A program made the position numbers and the translations under genes. The notes under the pieces were generated by a model. The model made no database searches and was not told the origin of the DNA. It saw only the letters and a list, made by a program, of their open reading frames with translations. 64,000 bases of DNA from Anolis carolinensis (Eukaryota). This document shows, piece after piece, positions 26,471 through 41,502 of the stretch (positions are counted from its first letter, which is position 1; every line of letters starts with the position of its first letter). The stretch covers positions 246,241,971 through 246,305,970 of the forward strand of contig NC_085843.1 in assembly GCF_035594765.1 (NCBI RefSeq), given 5' to 3'.

Positions 26471-28082
26471 ATTATGGATCCATCTGATTGGGTTTCCATC
26501 TATTCCATATTTAGTCATAGTCCAGGTTTTATCTATTTATTAACAAATTCTTTTTACATTTTAATGTGTAAGCTGCTTTAGTACTCCTATGGCAAAAAAA
26601 AAACTGGGATAAAAACTAAATCAATAAAATACAAAAAAAATGTTCATGCTGAAATGTAGACTTTATTCAAATGAAAAACAGAGTTAGATTTTTAAAAAGT
26701 TCATAGACACAACTACATATAATTCACTTATTTCTGAACTGTGCAACCTACTACAGTTGCATAGCATCCTCAAGATGACTCATAATAGAGGACATCACAA
26801 AGTCAAACATTCTGTGCACAAGTAGCTTAGCAGAAAAAACATTTGTCTCCTTCTCCATCCCCATTCAGTATACTTATCCTGTGCACCAACACACAGCTTC
26901 TCTACCCATTGCTTCTCTATTACTAATGGGGATCTTTGCTTTCTTAATGAGACTTCAACTCTTACTAGTATGACTGTCTGTGCTGTTGGCACTCAGAAAG
27001 TGAGCTCAAAAGACTGGGGCAGCAGTTATATAGGATTAGTGGCTGCTAGCTCCAACCCTGAGCAAGTTAACAACTCAGAAGAGAGCAGATGGCCAAAACC
27101 AAACAAAAGCCTCCCCATAAGACTTTAAAAAACAGCAAAGGAGTCAAGGATGAGCCTAAAATCACGGCTCACCTTCTACTCTCTACTCAGAATCCTGTGG
27201 GTTTGCAGTTTTGTGAAGCACTAAAACTCTTTGGCTGGGAATTCTATGTACTCTTCCCTAAACTGCAAATCCCAGGATTCTATAGGCTGCTTCCACAGCA
27301 GTTAAAGTAGCATCATAAAGCTATCACTATGAGGTATAAATATGTCCTCTCTTCCATTCCTATCTGTTGTTCATGCCCCTCTCCAAAGTGGTCAATACTT
27401 CAAGTTCTTAAGCATACTTAGTCCACAGGTTTTTAGGGCTCCCCTGTCTCTGATTACTGTATATTCTCATATTTAAGTCATTTTAGTAAAAAAAATCAAC
27501 CCCCACCCCCAAACTGGATTGACTATCTACAGGTTGGGGTGAGTACTGTATTCATATATATATAAGGAATGATCCTTTCTTTGAGCAGAGTGGCAAAAGG
27601 CAAAACCTTAGTCTGTCCAGGAGAAGATGAAAGAAAACTGATCCACTCTACTCTATCTGCTGTGAATAACCACAAACAGTTATGCCTGCTGGAATTTTGT
27701 TAAGTTTATTGGCTTCCTTTGCTTCTTACATTAAATTTTTTCCTTACATGCCCTATTTTTTACTCTCAACTTAGCCATGGGACATATCAAAATCCACAAC
27801 TTGCCCACCAAATATGCCTCGACTTATACATGTAGTTGACTTATACATGAATATATACAGTAGTTATTTTTCTCTTTCTAAAGATTTTTTGTAATACGTA
27901 TGCAAGTCTTGGGGCTGACTCATCATTCTTTCTTGTATGTGTGGTGCCATTTTCGCTTCATAAATAATAGAACATACTCAGTCTAAAGATCAGAAATAGA
28001 AAGAATGATGGGTTGGGAAGAAATACATACTGCTTCTGTCTGTAAACATGGAGACATTATGGATATTATAAAGAAGACATCC

Positions 28083-28225
28083 ATAGAATTATGGAGTTGG
28101 AAGAGATCATAAGGGCCATCCAGTCCAACCCCCTGCCATGTAGGAAAAGCACAATCAAAACACCCCCAAGAGAGGGCCACCCAAGCCTATGTTTAAAAGC
28201 CTCCAAAGGAGCCTCCACCACCTTG
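28083..28225 (-). mobile_element. CR1 3' end fragment
   Basis: EAPLEAFKHRL plus a CR1 3' UTR like that at 20590-20670. Confidence 0.7.
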
Positions 28226-29509
28226 GGCAAGTCACAATCTCTCAGCCTTAGAGAGAGGCAATGCCGAAGACTCCTGAACATACCTTGCCATGGGTTATGT
28301 CAGGATTGTCATAATTTGGACCCAATAATAAAAACTTCAAGTGTTTTCTTTTTAATGCAATTGATTTCCTATAGTGGCCAATTTGCATTTTATTCTCACT
28401 GAGAAAATTCTGGTACAAAGTTGTAAACTAATGAAAGCCTAATTAAGAATACATGATTCCGTGAAGCTGCAGCTTTTACTGCAGCATCTGTAACAACAAA
28501 CACTGTGAATTAAGGATCATTAGGAAAGGTCCTGGGAACAACTTCACTTGCTTTAAGAAAAGGGAAGCATTAATCAAGTTAGCAACACTCTGCTAAGATG
28601 AAAATAGGAGTCAAAAGTCAATTTACACCTTTTTTTGTTTTTGTTTTAAATTCACAACACCCCAGAATAAAATTTGCCAACACTTCAGTCTCTCTCTCAA
28701 AAAATAGCTCACTGAATTTGTTCCCAAACAACTGCCTCTATTATGCAGGCAAGGTAATAATAACTCTCATGGAAAAGTGCTACAGCATAATAAGCGGGTC
28801 ACATAATATTTCTTCCATGGATTTGTTGGGAGGTTGACATCAGGGTTGCAAAGTGTCCCTAACTGTAAGAGATGTCCTTTATTTAAAGGTCAGACATCTA
28901 TTTATGTATGAGCAACCAAGAGGATACCCCATATTTCTAGGTATTGGTTGAACCCTCTGCCCTCAAATTACATGCTAAAAGTGAGTGTATGACAGGGAAG
29001 TTTGTTGTGAGTTTGGCTGGTATCCAATGTGAAGGAGCCTTAGGCAGACCTGGCTTCAAGGAAACCAGGTAGGGCTCAGAGGCTGTAAAGAGGGGCCACG
29101 GAGAGAACAGAATGTATCAAAAGACGGTTTTGCTTCTGTAGGATTCAGACAGGGTTTGAAATTGACATAGATAGGGATATGACTTGATAGAGACAGGGAT
29201 TGGAGCTGAAGCAAGGACTTTGGGTTAGAGAAGGAAGGGAGAACTTCCTATGGTTTGGAGTGGCATAAATAATATTTTATTAAATGTTAATGCATTTTAC
29301 TGTGTTTAATAAACATATTCTTGCTGCTGTTTGAAACCTGTCTATGGCTCTCTATCAAGTCCAAATTGGAGTCAGGCCATGCATGACAAAACTAAAGAAT
29401 CCATAAAACAGCACGGACACAAGCCCACATTTCCATTCCAGCAAGGAAATAATTGGGAGAATAAGGGCAGAGTTGGAGTTTTGGAACCAACCTAGGTAAA
29501 AGGATGTCA

Positions 29510-29690
29510 TAATAATAATAATAATAATAAAAACTTTATTTATACCCCGCCACCATCTCCCCAACGGGGACTCGGGGCGGCTTACATGGGGCCATGCCCA
29601 GAACAATACAATACAACAAAATATAATAGAACAACAATCATAGCACATTAAACAACACAATAAAAGAAAATATACATATACAAATATAAT
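29510..29690 (-). mobile_element. L2 3' end fragment with (TTA)n tail
   Basis: Near-identical to 18000-18100 (ataccccgcc...atctcccc...ggggcggcttacatggggcc). Confidence 0.75.
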
Positions 29691-30764
29691 CACTTTTTGC
29701 ACTTCTGACCAAGCAGCACATCCAAGTCAGTGGCAGTATTTTTTTCCTTCTGTGATGGTGGTGGGCTTACCATCAGTTTTCCAGAGGTTTGGCATTCATA
29801 TTAGATTTGAGAACTTGCAAGCACCTGGAACTCTTCATGAGAGGTCCTCCTCATGAAAATTGACACAGAATTTATGTAGGCTGTCTCACATGTCCCAACT
29901 AGATGAACTGAGTATTCTTGATATCTTGAAAACCTGACAACCTAATGGCACTATGTGTTGCTGTAGTTCTCTTTAAAACAATGGTTCTCAACCTGGGGTC
30001 CCCATATGTTTTTGGCCTTCAACTTCCAGAAATCCTAACAGTTGGTAAACTGGCTGGGATTTTTGGGAGTTGTAGGTAAAAAACATCCAGGAAAGAAATG
30101 TTTTGCAGTTCCTTACACAAGATGCGACATTGTATTTGCACTCATTCGTGGATTTCTTTTTAAATCTGAGATGTTTCAGAATAAAAAAATATTGTTCTCT
30201 TTTCCTCCTTTTTTAATTACAACGGCATCATGTTTGAACTATAAAGTATCAAAGAATGGCCCTTTGGCACCAAAAGGAGCAAATTTACTCTTCACCTACC
30301 TCAAGAGACCATTCCTCATTTTTTTCAAAAAGCTTTCAGAAGAACTCTAATTAATTTTTTAAAATCTCTACAAATTACTCCCAAACAGAATGGAACAGGC
30401 AGCAGTGACAACACCTAGCAAAACTCATAAAGCCCCAAGGAACCAGATTATGAGATCCCATTCTTCTTTAGAACAATCTAGAAGTGCACATGGTTTACAT
30501 TCTTTCTGTTGTTGACAAGGAGTGACAATCTTTTCATTTTTGCACACGGGCAACATTTGATTTTGACAGTATATCTTGAGGTGTGTCATCATGGATGAAA
30601 ACTTTTTGAATGGTTCCTAAGATATAGCTTTACTTCTCTGACCTGACCTGAAGTCAGTAAGAAGGGATATGAGTGTGAAGATCGATACAGCTATGTTGAC
30701 TAGACATTTCAGGGGATGATGGGTCCAAAAATTATGTAAGCAAGAGCCAGCATATGGATGTGAA

Positions 30765-31225
30765 AGAATCATAGTTGGAAGAGATCACAGTCTAGCCCCC
30801 ACCATGCAGGAACACACAATGAAACCACCCCTGAAAGATGGCAATTCAGCCTCTGCTTGAAAATCTCCAAAGAAGAAGACTCCATCACCCTCTGAGGCAG
30901 CATATTCTAGTCCCAAACAGCTCTTACCATCAGGACGTTCTTCGAAATGTTTAGGTGGAATCTCTTTCCCTACAGCTTGAATCCATTGCTCTGTATCCTA
31001 ATCTCCAAAGCAGCAGAAAACAAGCCTGACCCCTCCTTAATATGACATTCTTTCAAGTATATAAACATGGCTATCATGTCCTCTCTCAGACATCTTTTCG
31101 CCAAATTAAACATACTCAGCTCCCTAAGCTGCCTCTCATAGGCTTGACTTTCAAATCTTTAATCATTTTAGTCACCCTTCTCTGGATACGTTCCTGCTTG
31201 TTTTGAATATCATTCTTGTCCAATC
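30765..31225 (-). mobile_element. CR1 LINE 3' fragment
   Basis: Collinear with the CR1 at 47010-47700 and with the reverse complement of 20290-20670. Confidence 0.75.
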
Positions 31226-34200
31226 TCCTTTTTGTTCAGGCCAATTGGTGGAAGAAAACGAACTTCCTTGGGAAGCGTTCTTGGCACCTTCTGGTTTTCT
31301 CTCTTGGCCACATTTTAACACTGCAGCAAGATCTCTGTTTGAAGTGGGTTTCACCAATTTGTTTAATTACTTCTGTGTTCATCACTGAGAGTCTGGAAAG
31401 CAAGTTCAGGAGGATGCAATGAACAGATGGGACTGAAATCTCCCTCAGCCATTCCTCATAGGGCTTGGATTCCAGATCTTTGATCCCTTTGGTCATTTTT
31501 AAAGCAAAAAAGAAGGCTTCCATCACATTTTGATCTTGTTGGGGGAATGTGGATCAACAGACAAGGTGCCAGCGTTGGAAGGAAAGTTCTCTCACATCAC
31601 CAGAACCTCCCTCCCCACCATCACAAGCAATAAAGGCAAGTAAGATCACTGAACTACATTGACAAGCTTTTCAAACAAATATTATATCCCTAACTAGTTA
31701 TGTTTCAGATAAATGCTCTGCATTCATGTTGTCCTCCTATGCCAAAAAACAATTTGCTGTCAACCTGCTTGGAGACTGAGGCGACAAACCTGCTTTTAGC
31801 CTGTTCACAGAAAAGTTATCCTATTAAAAAGATATCCATTTCTGTCCATAAGTATTAACTTGAAAGATAGGTTTGAATTTCCATGACAGAGACTTCTAGT
31901 AAAATAGGGCTCTTCAGAATCTTTGATATAGCCCTCAGGAAATCTATTTTGAACAGATGCAAGTGCACACACACACACACACATGCTATTGTATTTTAAA
32001 TAAAGATGCCATAGTACATCATCTGATCAGAGGAAGATACACAGCTGTAAAGTTTATGGCTTCAAAGCAGTACTCTGCAAATACTTCATTCTTTTTGATA
32101 GTTGTAAAGCACTGACAATACACCTACCATGACAATGAAGACAAAAAGAAAAATATCCTCCTAAAAATAGACCACTTTGCTCAGTAAAGCTCATAAATTT
32201 AACTATCCATGTGGCTCCAGAAATCCCATGAAGAAATAACACATTCAAAACATACCTTACACATGCAGATTCTATTCTATTTACATGGCACATGCATTTC
32301 TTATCAAGGGAAGTCCCTATTTTGTCCTGAATCTGAAGGTCAAACTCGACGGAAGAGGAAAACCAGGCATATACATGGCTGCTCTGTTCATATATGAACC
32401 AAATAGACATTTTGATTGATAGTTCTTACACTCCAACCTTTTATCATGCAAGCTGTAGCAATCCAAAATAGTTACCATGATACAAAATACCATGTTAGGG
32501 AAAGGTGTATCTTTAATATGAAATGTACATGGATGAGAATGCAAAACACTGTAAATAAAACACATGTAACTATTTTAGCTACATATTTTCAAATATACAA
32601 AAATACATTTTTACAATAAATTGTGCAATGAGTATTCCTGGATCACTTATATTTCTATAGTGCATCAATAATAAATGATGTTACCAACGACCAAAGAAGG
32701 ATCTCCTGAAACAGCCAGTAATCGGAGACATTCATGATTAATTACAAGAATCTACAATAAAGTGCTGTGTCTGCATTTTAATTTATGAGCTCCTGGGTGT
32801 GCCGCAAAATTAGTAAAATGAAGGACAAAGTGCATACAGGTACCTTGTATTGAGTGACAGAGTGACCCTTGGAAGAATAATTTAATCTAAGCAATAAGCT
32901 GGCGGGCAGAGGAAAATGTGCTACTATATCTTTTATATGAAGAGTAATAAATTGGCATTTCAAAAAACCACTGGGATTCTTATATAATGGGATCATTCAA
33001 CATTAAATACTTTTCTTCACAGATCTCTTGCTAGCAGCTATCTTTTACTAGCAGCCTCTTTCAAAGTGGCACCTCTTGTGAACCCACAGCTCTTCCCAAT
33101 ACAGACAGCTACCTCAAGGTAGAATTGCCAAACCAAGAGGGCTCAGAATATATAGACTCTAATGGAGAACTCCCCAGAGCTATTACTGCGGAGCAGGTTG
33201 CTCAGCCCATTCAACAAAGAAGTCTGAATCCGTCTATCAGTTCCAAGGTTGTTCAAGGTTGATCCTCCTAACTGTTTCTGTCAGGGAAGGGATGGCAACA
33301 ATTTAAGGCCATTCAGAGATGCCAAAGTACTGATGCCGAAGCACTGACCCTTTCCCCTGCTAGTTCCACTTGGAGGGGTAGGTAGTATAGGGCTTTATAG
33401 GTCAAAACCAGCACTTTGAATTGTGCCCAGAAACAGTCTAGCAGCCAACAATGCAGTGGCTCGTTCCGTACAGCCAGCCCAGTTTAGTAATTTGGCTGCA
33501 ATGTTTTGGACCAGTTGAAGAAAATCCCAAACATCTTTTGAACCTTTTTATTATCACTTAAACAGACTAACCTGAGCAATGAATGGCAGAAAAGAGGAGC
33601 ATAGACAGTTGAAATGCAAAGCCTCAGAAAACTAAAACCAAACAAACCCTTGTTCTATAATAAACAAAATGTGCAGCTTCTTTTTATCACCTTCCCAGGT
33701 AGGCAACCTGACAACCTACAGATGCTTTGGACTACAACTCCCACACACCTTTGATATGCAGTGCAGGGTTGATAAGAATTACAGACTAAACCATCTTAGA
33801 ACGCCATGATGCCTGTCCCATAACATATAAGCAATGCAGTATGAACTATAAAACAATACAATACTAACGTCCTGAGTGAAATTTGATGTACCTTTAAGGC
33901 TCTGTAAAATCTATCGATTATTTTTCTCTTGCAAGATGTAGAATGTCTTTTAATAATAATATTTTAAAAATATTATTACTAAAATAATAGGATCATCTAT
34001 AAGTACACGGCCAAACACTCAAAGAATGCTATATTTTTACATAAATTCGAAATGCCCGAGATGCTTACAGAGATGTCAGCCCTCTCTGGAACAGTCTCTG
34101 ATATCCTTCACGTTCGCATCTCTCCAGACTCTATAATATGACACAAGTTGGTGTCTGCTATAGTTCACAGTTGAATAATTCACACACTCCCCTTGCATAA

Positions 34201-35796
34201 AAGCTCCAAGTGCAGCTTCTCACATTTTTCTCCAGCTGCACCAATTAGCTTTAAGAACACAATTTTCCAAAATAGTTTAATTTTAAGCAAGGTCAGAATA
34301 GAGGCATTAACCTGCAGCCAAAAGGGAGATCATCCTTCTGTGAACCCCGAAAGTATTAAGAAAATCCAATTTTTCCAGCCAAACAGTCTTGAAGATTTCT
34401 TGACCACACTCAAAACTAGCCATACACAACCTGTCACCTTCCACTCTGCAGCAACAATATAAAATGTGAAACTGAGATCGAGATGGGGAGTTAACTGTGT
34501 TTCCTTCCCATGGTGGGCACAGGGTTTTGTGAGTCATGGTCCAAATAAATAACTTTGTCCAGCTTTGCCCATCACAAAGTCTTTTCTTGTTGGAGACTAG
34601 CACCAGTTTTCAGAGGGAAGATCCTACCTAGCCATTTCTACCAGACTTCTGGATCACTTCTACTGATAGAACTGCTTTCTTCAGAATAATTGATGCAGTT
34701 TACTACCACTTTAGCTGTCATAGCTCAATGAGATTAAATCCAAGGTCTTTCTTCAATCAGAGACTAGGTGGACATTTATTTCATCCACCCAGGAAGCCTG
34801 TAAGTCATCATGAGGGCAATTGTACTATACTCATTTGTAAGCAACCCAACCCCACTGAGTAGGCAAACAACACGATCATTAGGCTGCAATTCTATAGTTC
34901 ATTACTTGGGATTGCACTGTCTGAAGTGGGTCTTAGTCTCAAACAAAAATATGCAATATGCTTGGATGATGCAATTCTAAGCATATTAACCTCCAGGTCC
35001 CAATGTACTTGGTGAAATTAATTTCCCAGAAAGTGCAGAGTAGGACTGCGTCCTCCATGAAATATATAAAGCAGATGATCACATTCAAAAGTTTCCAAAA
35101 TTCTAACCTTTTAAAAAAATTATCAAAGCCTCATTGCTAAAACAAGTGTTTTCACATATTTTACACTGATGACTTCATAATTAGCATTCTATACCTATAT
35201 GCAAATTGTGTGGTTGCCATCATAATTATTTGTGATTGCTTCTTCATGAACAACATGAATTAGCTGCATCTAATCTGTGAACTGCTAGTTCTAAAGCGAA
35301 CACCTGCAAAGAAATGGAAATGACTCTATGTGACATATTTACACAGTCTCTACAGCACAGAATGTCGGGTTTCAAGTGTCTCTTTATATTTTTAGCAGCG
35401 TAATACAGAGGCAATCAACATATTCATGCAGTGAAGTCACAATGGCGGTTTCGGCGCTGTGTTTGTGTTAAATAAAGATGTGGAAGAGGGCATGATTTCT
35501 GGCAAGCAGAAAATCACTTCTCATTTTGCTCTCTGCTATTTGGGGTGAGGGCCAAATGAGGAAAAAGAAATGTCTCTAGGAGGCAGCTCTGTATCATTTC
35601 AGGATACAAAAAAAGGTAATCTATCAGCCAAAGTCAGGCACAAAAGGAATGTGTTTAAAATTAAATAAATGAATTCACTTTCAGTACTAGAACTGAAAAC
35701 AGTTCACTGTTCTTTTACATAAAAGCTTACTCTTGGTTGACTCAAGATTTTTTTCCATTCCAGACAATTTCTTCAGGTGGAAACAACAACTTTGCC

Positions 35797-36016
35797 ATTG
35801 TCAAAGGCTTTCATGGCTGGAATCACTGGGTTGCTGTGAGTTTTTCGGGCTGTATAGACATGTTCCAGAAGTATTTTCTCCTGACATTTAACCCACATCT
35901 ATGGCAGGCACACTCACAACCTCTGAGGATACCTGTCATAGATGTGGGTGAAACATCAGGAGATAATGCTTCTGGAACATGGCCAATCAACCCGGAAAAC
36001 TCACAGCAGTCCAGTG
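35797..36016. mobile_element. Penelope-like element terminal (pseudo-LTR) inverted-repeat fragment containing a hammerhead motif
   Basis: Two inverted copies of the terminal sequence (catagatgtggg...tcaggaga...ttctggaacatggcc...cagc). The same sequence ends the GIY-YIG-bearing fragment at 44270-44957. Confidence 0.75.
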
Positions 36017-37649
36017 ACTTTGCTGCTGCTATTGTTAAACAGTTTGGAATCAAACCCCCCAAATATTGCAATCTACCTTCTGTCCAGCCCCAGCCTCAAC
36101 CACATACTGCCATTTTCCAGCTTGCAAAAGTTACTTTGTTGGACTTTAACTCCCAGAATCCCCTCACTGCCTCAACTTTTCTCAGGTCTGCACTTTATAG
36201 CTTTTATAGCCTTTAGAAAGAATTCAGTCTGTCATTCTTCTGGATAGATAAATACGAATAAAAATGTGTTTGACAACTGATAATACTTATCCTGAAGACT
36301 GCATATATTCACAGAAATGAATGACTAACATTGTTTAATTAGATGTAGTTATGATCCATTTCTATTGGCTTTCATTCCTACTAAAACCTTTGTCTCATGC
36401 TACATGCCACATTAACCACATTCATAAGCTTGTAGACACAAATGTTACAGTTCAGAAAAAAGCATTTTTCGCATCTCTTATGAAAGCATCGTATATTTGA
36501 AAGACATACTGAAAAATTAAAAAGATCACCAATCAAAGGCTTCACATCTATAGAATTAATCATATAAAACCATGTGCTGTACTGAATTCAAACAATATAT
36601 GAGTCACTCATATCAAACACACTTTACTAACTTTGACCATGAAAATAATAGACTTCTCAGCATGTGCCACCATAGGCAATAATAATAAACAGTCCAGGGG
36701 CTTTTCATGTTACACAATTACAACACTATGATTTTGCTTTAACTGCCGTGCTAATCCCCTATGAAATCCTTTGTAGTTTAGAGAATCATTAAGACTCTCT
36801 GGCTCGTAGGAATGCAAACTCTTATAAGGCAAGAGGTTATATTGATGATAGCAGTGCCAATATGATCTCTCACTTCAGATAGACTTTTGCCAGGCCAAAT
36901 GTGCCAAATAGCTACTGGGCAGCAATAGTGTATGTGTGTATGTGTATATTTGGAAGTGGAGAAACTGTTGAGGATCTCTCTTGAGTTGACTCTAAAGGAG
37001 CTAGGAATATGCAGAAGGGGGTGCTGAATAAACTCCTGCATGCCCTTTATGACAATCCAATCCAAAACTAAACAAAAGATAGTACTGGAACATGAAGCTC
37101 CCAGGTCAGAAGGCGCTCAATCAACTACTGAGGAAGAGCAGAAGACATGTATTAGCAGTAATGTGTCCAAGGATGTAACTGGGCTCAAACTCCTAAGCAG
37201 CTCAGATGTGAAAGGAAAGTCTGAAACTATACAACATACATAGCAGCAATATAAAATGTGGGAAACACTAATTAGGGAAAACAGGAAATTGTGTTCCATA
37301 CCTTGTCTTAAAAGAGTCATACCCATATTTGGTTGAAATGGACAAGAATAGGACATTTTCAAATGGATAATTATATAATGTTTTACTCTAAAATTAAAAT
37401 CATTTGTGGCGACGGGGGAGGAGATCAGAGAAGCATCTGGCTACATCCCTATAGTCAGAAGCAGGAGGATTACATCTGGGTCTCCTATGGGAGAGGGCTG
37501 CTGAAACCCAATTGTAGGTCCAGATGGGCTTTAGTCATTGCAGAAGGGAGAAAGGAATATCAACTTGCAGAACAACCAAAAGAAGACATATATGTACAAA
37601 TAAAACATGGACTTCCATCTGCATATGTCACTAACAGGAAGCCAACTTG

Positions 37650-38085
37650 TGTGTGTCTGTATCCATAGTTCACAGACCATTTAAAACGTACGTATTTGAC
37701 ACCGTGAATCGCAATGCTGTCTGGACCATCTTCTTGAAAATTGGATAACCTGATAAATTTGTGAATGTCCTGTGGCTCCTCCATGATGGCAACAGTCTTG
37801 GACAGCAACAGCTCCCAAAATGACCCATTTAAAGTGGGATCAAGTATCAAACAGGGATGTGTTATTGCCAACCCTATTTTCCATCTTCATAGCTATGATT
37901 CTAAACCTCGTTGATGGGAAACTTCCCAGAGATGTGGAAATCACCTATCGGACAGATATCAAGCTCTTTAACCTCAGCAGGCTGAAAGTTAAAACTAAAA
38001 TCACAACAACATCTGTTATAGAACTCCAATATGCTAATGATAATGTAGCCTGTGCTCATTCAGAGGAAAACCTACAAGCTAGTTG
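37650..38085 (+). mobile_element. Old RTE LINE reverse-transcriptase fragment
   Basis: PTLFSIFIAMIL...KLFNLSRLKVKTK...ELQYANDNVACAHSEENLQ, a decayed YADD region. Further RTE-like remnants at about 37000-37400. Confidence 0.75.
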
Positions 38086-38671
38086 GAAATACAACAGATT
38101 TTCTGATCACAGACATCTGTGGAAAGCCTCAATACAGAGCCATTCTTGAATTATCCAAATGAAGAAAGATGTTGTGAAAATACCACCTTTTATTGCTCTT
38201 TACCTGCTGTGATTTTCCCCCCTTCTACTCATGGACCTTATTATAAGTAGCAAGGAAACGAGGCTGCAGACGACCACATGTGGATAAAAAAAAAAACCCA
38301 TCCAACCACCCCAAGCATTCACAGTTTATTGCATGAGCCTAAAGCATACATTACGAGAATACAAAAACAGAACTAAATCTATATTTATCCTGTCGAGAAA
38401 ACTAAAGCAAGCAGTGGACAGGCATTTCAAAATGGAACATCATCACATTTCTGATTTGTCTCCTCTTTGCTACTGAGGTGCCATCATATTCAGGCCTTTT
38501 GAACAAACGGGAGAATTTCTGGATTTATAGATTTAAGATCCTAAGACACAAACACAATCTATTCTAGAGGATAAAGCCATCACCCACTGAAGAATGTTGA
38601 AAACATTGTTCTAAACTGCCACCTTGACTGCAGCTCAATTTCATCTTTACTGACTAAAGAAGGGGGAAGTT

Positions 38672-38815
38672 NNNNNNNNNNNNNNNNNNNNNNNNNNNNN
38701 NNNNNNNNNNNNNNNNNNNNNNNNNNNNNNNNNNNNNNNNNNNNNNNNNNNNNNNNNNNNNNNNNNNNNNNNNNNNNNNNNNNNNNNNNNNNNNNNNNNN
38801 NNNNNNNNNNNNNNN
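38672..38815. other. Assembly gap (144 N)
   Basis: Run of N next to a (TA)/(TG) microsatellite. Confidence 0.99.
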
Positions 38816-38886
38816 ATCCATATATACATGCACAAACGCATATACATTATGTGTGTGCATACATGTATATACACTTTATATATACA

Positions 38887-38918
<32 letters not shown>

Positions 38919-39788
38919 TACAGTTACAATATATACTGTAATCATTTACATATATTCGCTTTCACATCCTTAAACCCAGTGGTCTCTCAGCCTCCAGATG
39001 GCTTTCAAACAATCCAATCCAAAGCAGTGCTCACACAAAGCAGTGAAATGAAATAAAATAGTTTACTGTGTGCAATCTGACTGATGAGTTTCCATAAAGC
39101 TCTCTCGAATCTTATTTGCTGCGAGGGGCAAAGCAGGGCACATAATATGAGACCTTGCTGTCAACATCTCTCAGTAAAAATACTATTTTTTCGATGTTGG
39201 ACTTTCCACCAAAATGATACAGAGTTTACCTTTTGCTGCTTCTTTAAAAGATTTATTCCTTGATTTCCTAGGAAGTTTAATGTTATTTATCCCCAGCCCT
39301 TGGCCCTGCGTCTTCCCTTCCATAACCACAAAACTGGATTTTCTGCAGGATCAAACTAGTTCTTTTCTCCTTATTTTATCTTGCTGAAATACATCATACA
39401 CAGATTCAGACACTGCCAAAATCTGGCACAATAAACAAGCCATAAATTAGCACCTAGCAGATAACAACAGAGTGCAAATATTTCTATTTATTATTCTTTT
39501 TAAAAACTATGAATTCTCTCCTCTCTGGTTTTAGTGAGCCCCTAAGCCTCTCCACATGCTGCATAGAAAGAATGAAAAGGACACTGATTCAGCTGATAAC
39601 ATTATAGCAACATTAAATAAAACAAAGACAGCACAAAAAACAGGAGTATTTTAGATTGTCTGAAATATGTAAGTCACAGAAGTTGCATGTGCAATATGCG
39701 TTAGGTATCGTTTATCTGAAATGCTTGGGATCAAAAGTGTTTTGGATGTTGTTGTATTATTATTTTGGAAAACCTGTATTTGCATATA

Positions 39789-40115
39789 CAGTAAAGTCTC
39801 GCTTATCCAAGCTTCGCTTATCCAACGTTCTGTATTACCCAAAGCAGTCTGCCTTTAGTAGTTAATATTTTCAATACATCGCAATATTTTGGTGCTAAAT
39901 TGGTAAATACAGTAATTACTACATAATGTTACCGTGTATTGAACTGCTTTTATGTCAATTTGTTGTAAAACATGATGTTTTGGTGCTTAATTTGTAAAAT
40001 CATAATGTAATTTGACATTTAATAGGCTTTTCCTTAATCCCTCCTTATTATTCAACATTTTTGCTTATCCAATGTTCTGTCGGCCCGTTTATGTTGGATA
40101 AGCGAGACTCTACTG
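39789..40115. mobile_element. Non-autonomous Tc1/mariner element nested in an older Tigger-like element
   Basis: TIRs CAGTAAAGTCTCGCTTATCCAA / TTGGATAAGCGAGACTCTACTG with a TA TSD. Confidence 0.85.
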
Positions 40116-40677
40116 TATGTACAAAATGAGATATCATTGAGTTCCCAAATGAGTTGGGAAACATGACATTTGCTTCATTTACACCTTATACACACAACCC
40201 AATGATAATTTTATACAATATTTATAACAATCTTGTGCATGAAACTAAGTTTGTATAAACTTTCAGAAATTTTAGGTGCCACTTTCTCAGCCACCCAATT
40301 TTAGAAAAATAGTGTTCAACTTGTAATTATCATCTTCTGTTTGGTTTCTATTGTTAACTAAAAAAAAACCTCAACTTATTGATGCCTGGTCTACAACTTT
40401 GTTATCATAAGAACATCCACAAATTTGAACAACTACCAAGAAAACATGACATAATACTATTGTAGCATGGTATAAAACAGGATAATAGAAATTTATATGT
40501 CAAAAGCATATTACTAGGTTGGACTGGTACTAAGTATAAGCTGAATCTCAGCTCTATTTGAAAATCAAACCTGTCTATCTAGAAAACTACCTTTCCTAGG
40601 ACAAACTCTGTGGGACTTATATCCAAGTACACATCTATAAGTCTGAGAATATCATCCATGGATAATATAACAACAAT

Positions 40678-40713
<36 letters not shown>

Positions 40714-40983
40714 TATCCATCTCTCCTGATGAGAGAATAAATACAGGATGAGGAAAAGATGCCACCTGACATTTTTTTTCAAACATTTCACAGGTTTCTG
40801 GCTGTTCCTTTTAAATCGGGGTGGAAATCACACAGACTTCCATCTAACATTGGAATGTAGATCCCATTAGCCTTTGCTAATGATGAAGAATGCTGGGAGT
40901 TGTGGTCCAATAATATGTGGGCTACACCTAATCATCACCCTTATTTAACATACTGAACTCAAATGAAGCCTACCTGGTGAATA

Positions 40984-41289
40984 CAATGTTCCCTCACTTA
41001 TTGCTGGGGTTAGGTTCCAGGACCACCCGCAATAAGTGAAAATCCATGAAGTAGGGACACTATATTTATTTTAATATTTATACATTATTTTAGTATTTAT
41101 ACACTATTTTAAGTCTTTATCAACCAATTGTGTGTTGATAAATCGCCTCCTTCTCCTCCTGTTGCCACTTGGGCTCCTTTTCTCTCCCTTTAGCTTCTCC
41201 TGATTTATAATAGTCTTTTAGAGTTTATTGAAAAACCGTGAAACAGTGAATCTGCAAAAAGTGAACCGCGAAGTAGTGAGGGAACACTG
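40984..41289. mobile_element. Non-autonomous Tc1/mariner element
   Basis: TIRs CAATGTTCCCTCACT / AGTGAGGGAACACTG with a TA TSD. Confidence 0.75.
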
Positions 41290-41502
41290 TACACTGAAGT
41301 ACAGCTCCTATGATCTCATAATCTACCTTTATTATGGGATTGAGAACTATCATCCAAAATATCTAGGGAGCTAATATACAACACAGAATTATTTGTATGG
41401 CCATCTACACTGCCATGTAATGCAGCTTGAAACATTATATAGTCAGTGTAGATTCGTCTAATGCAGTTTAACTCTACTGAACTGCATATTATGAGTCTAC
41501 AC

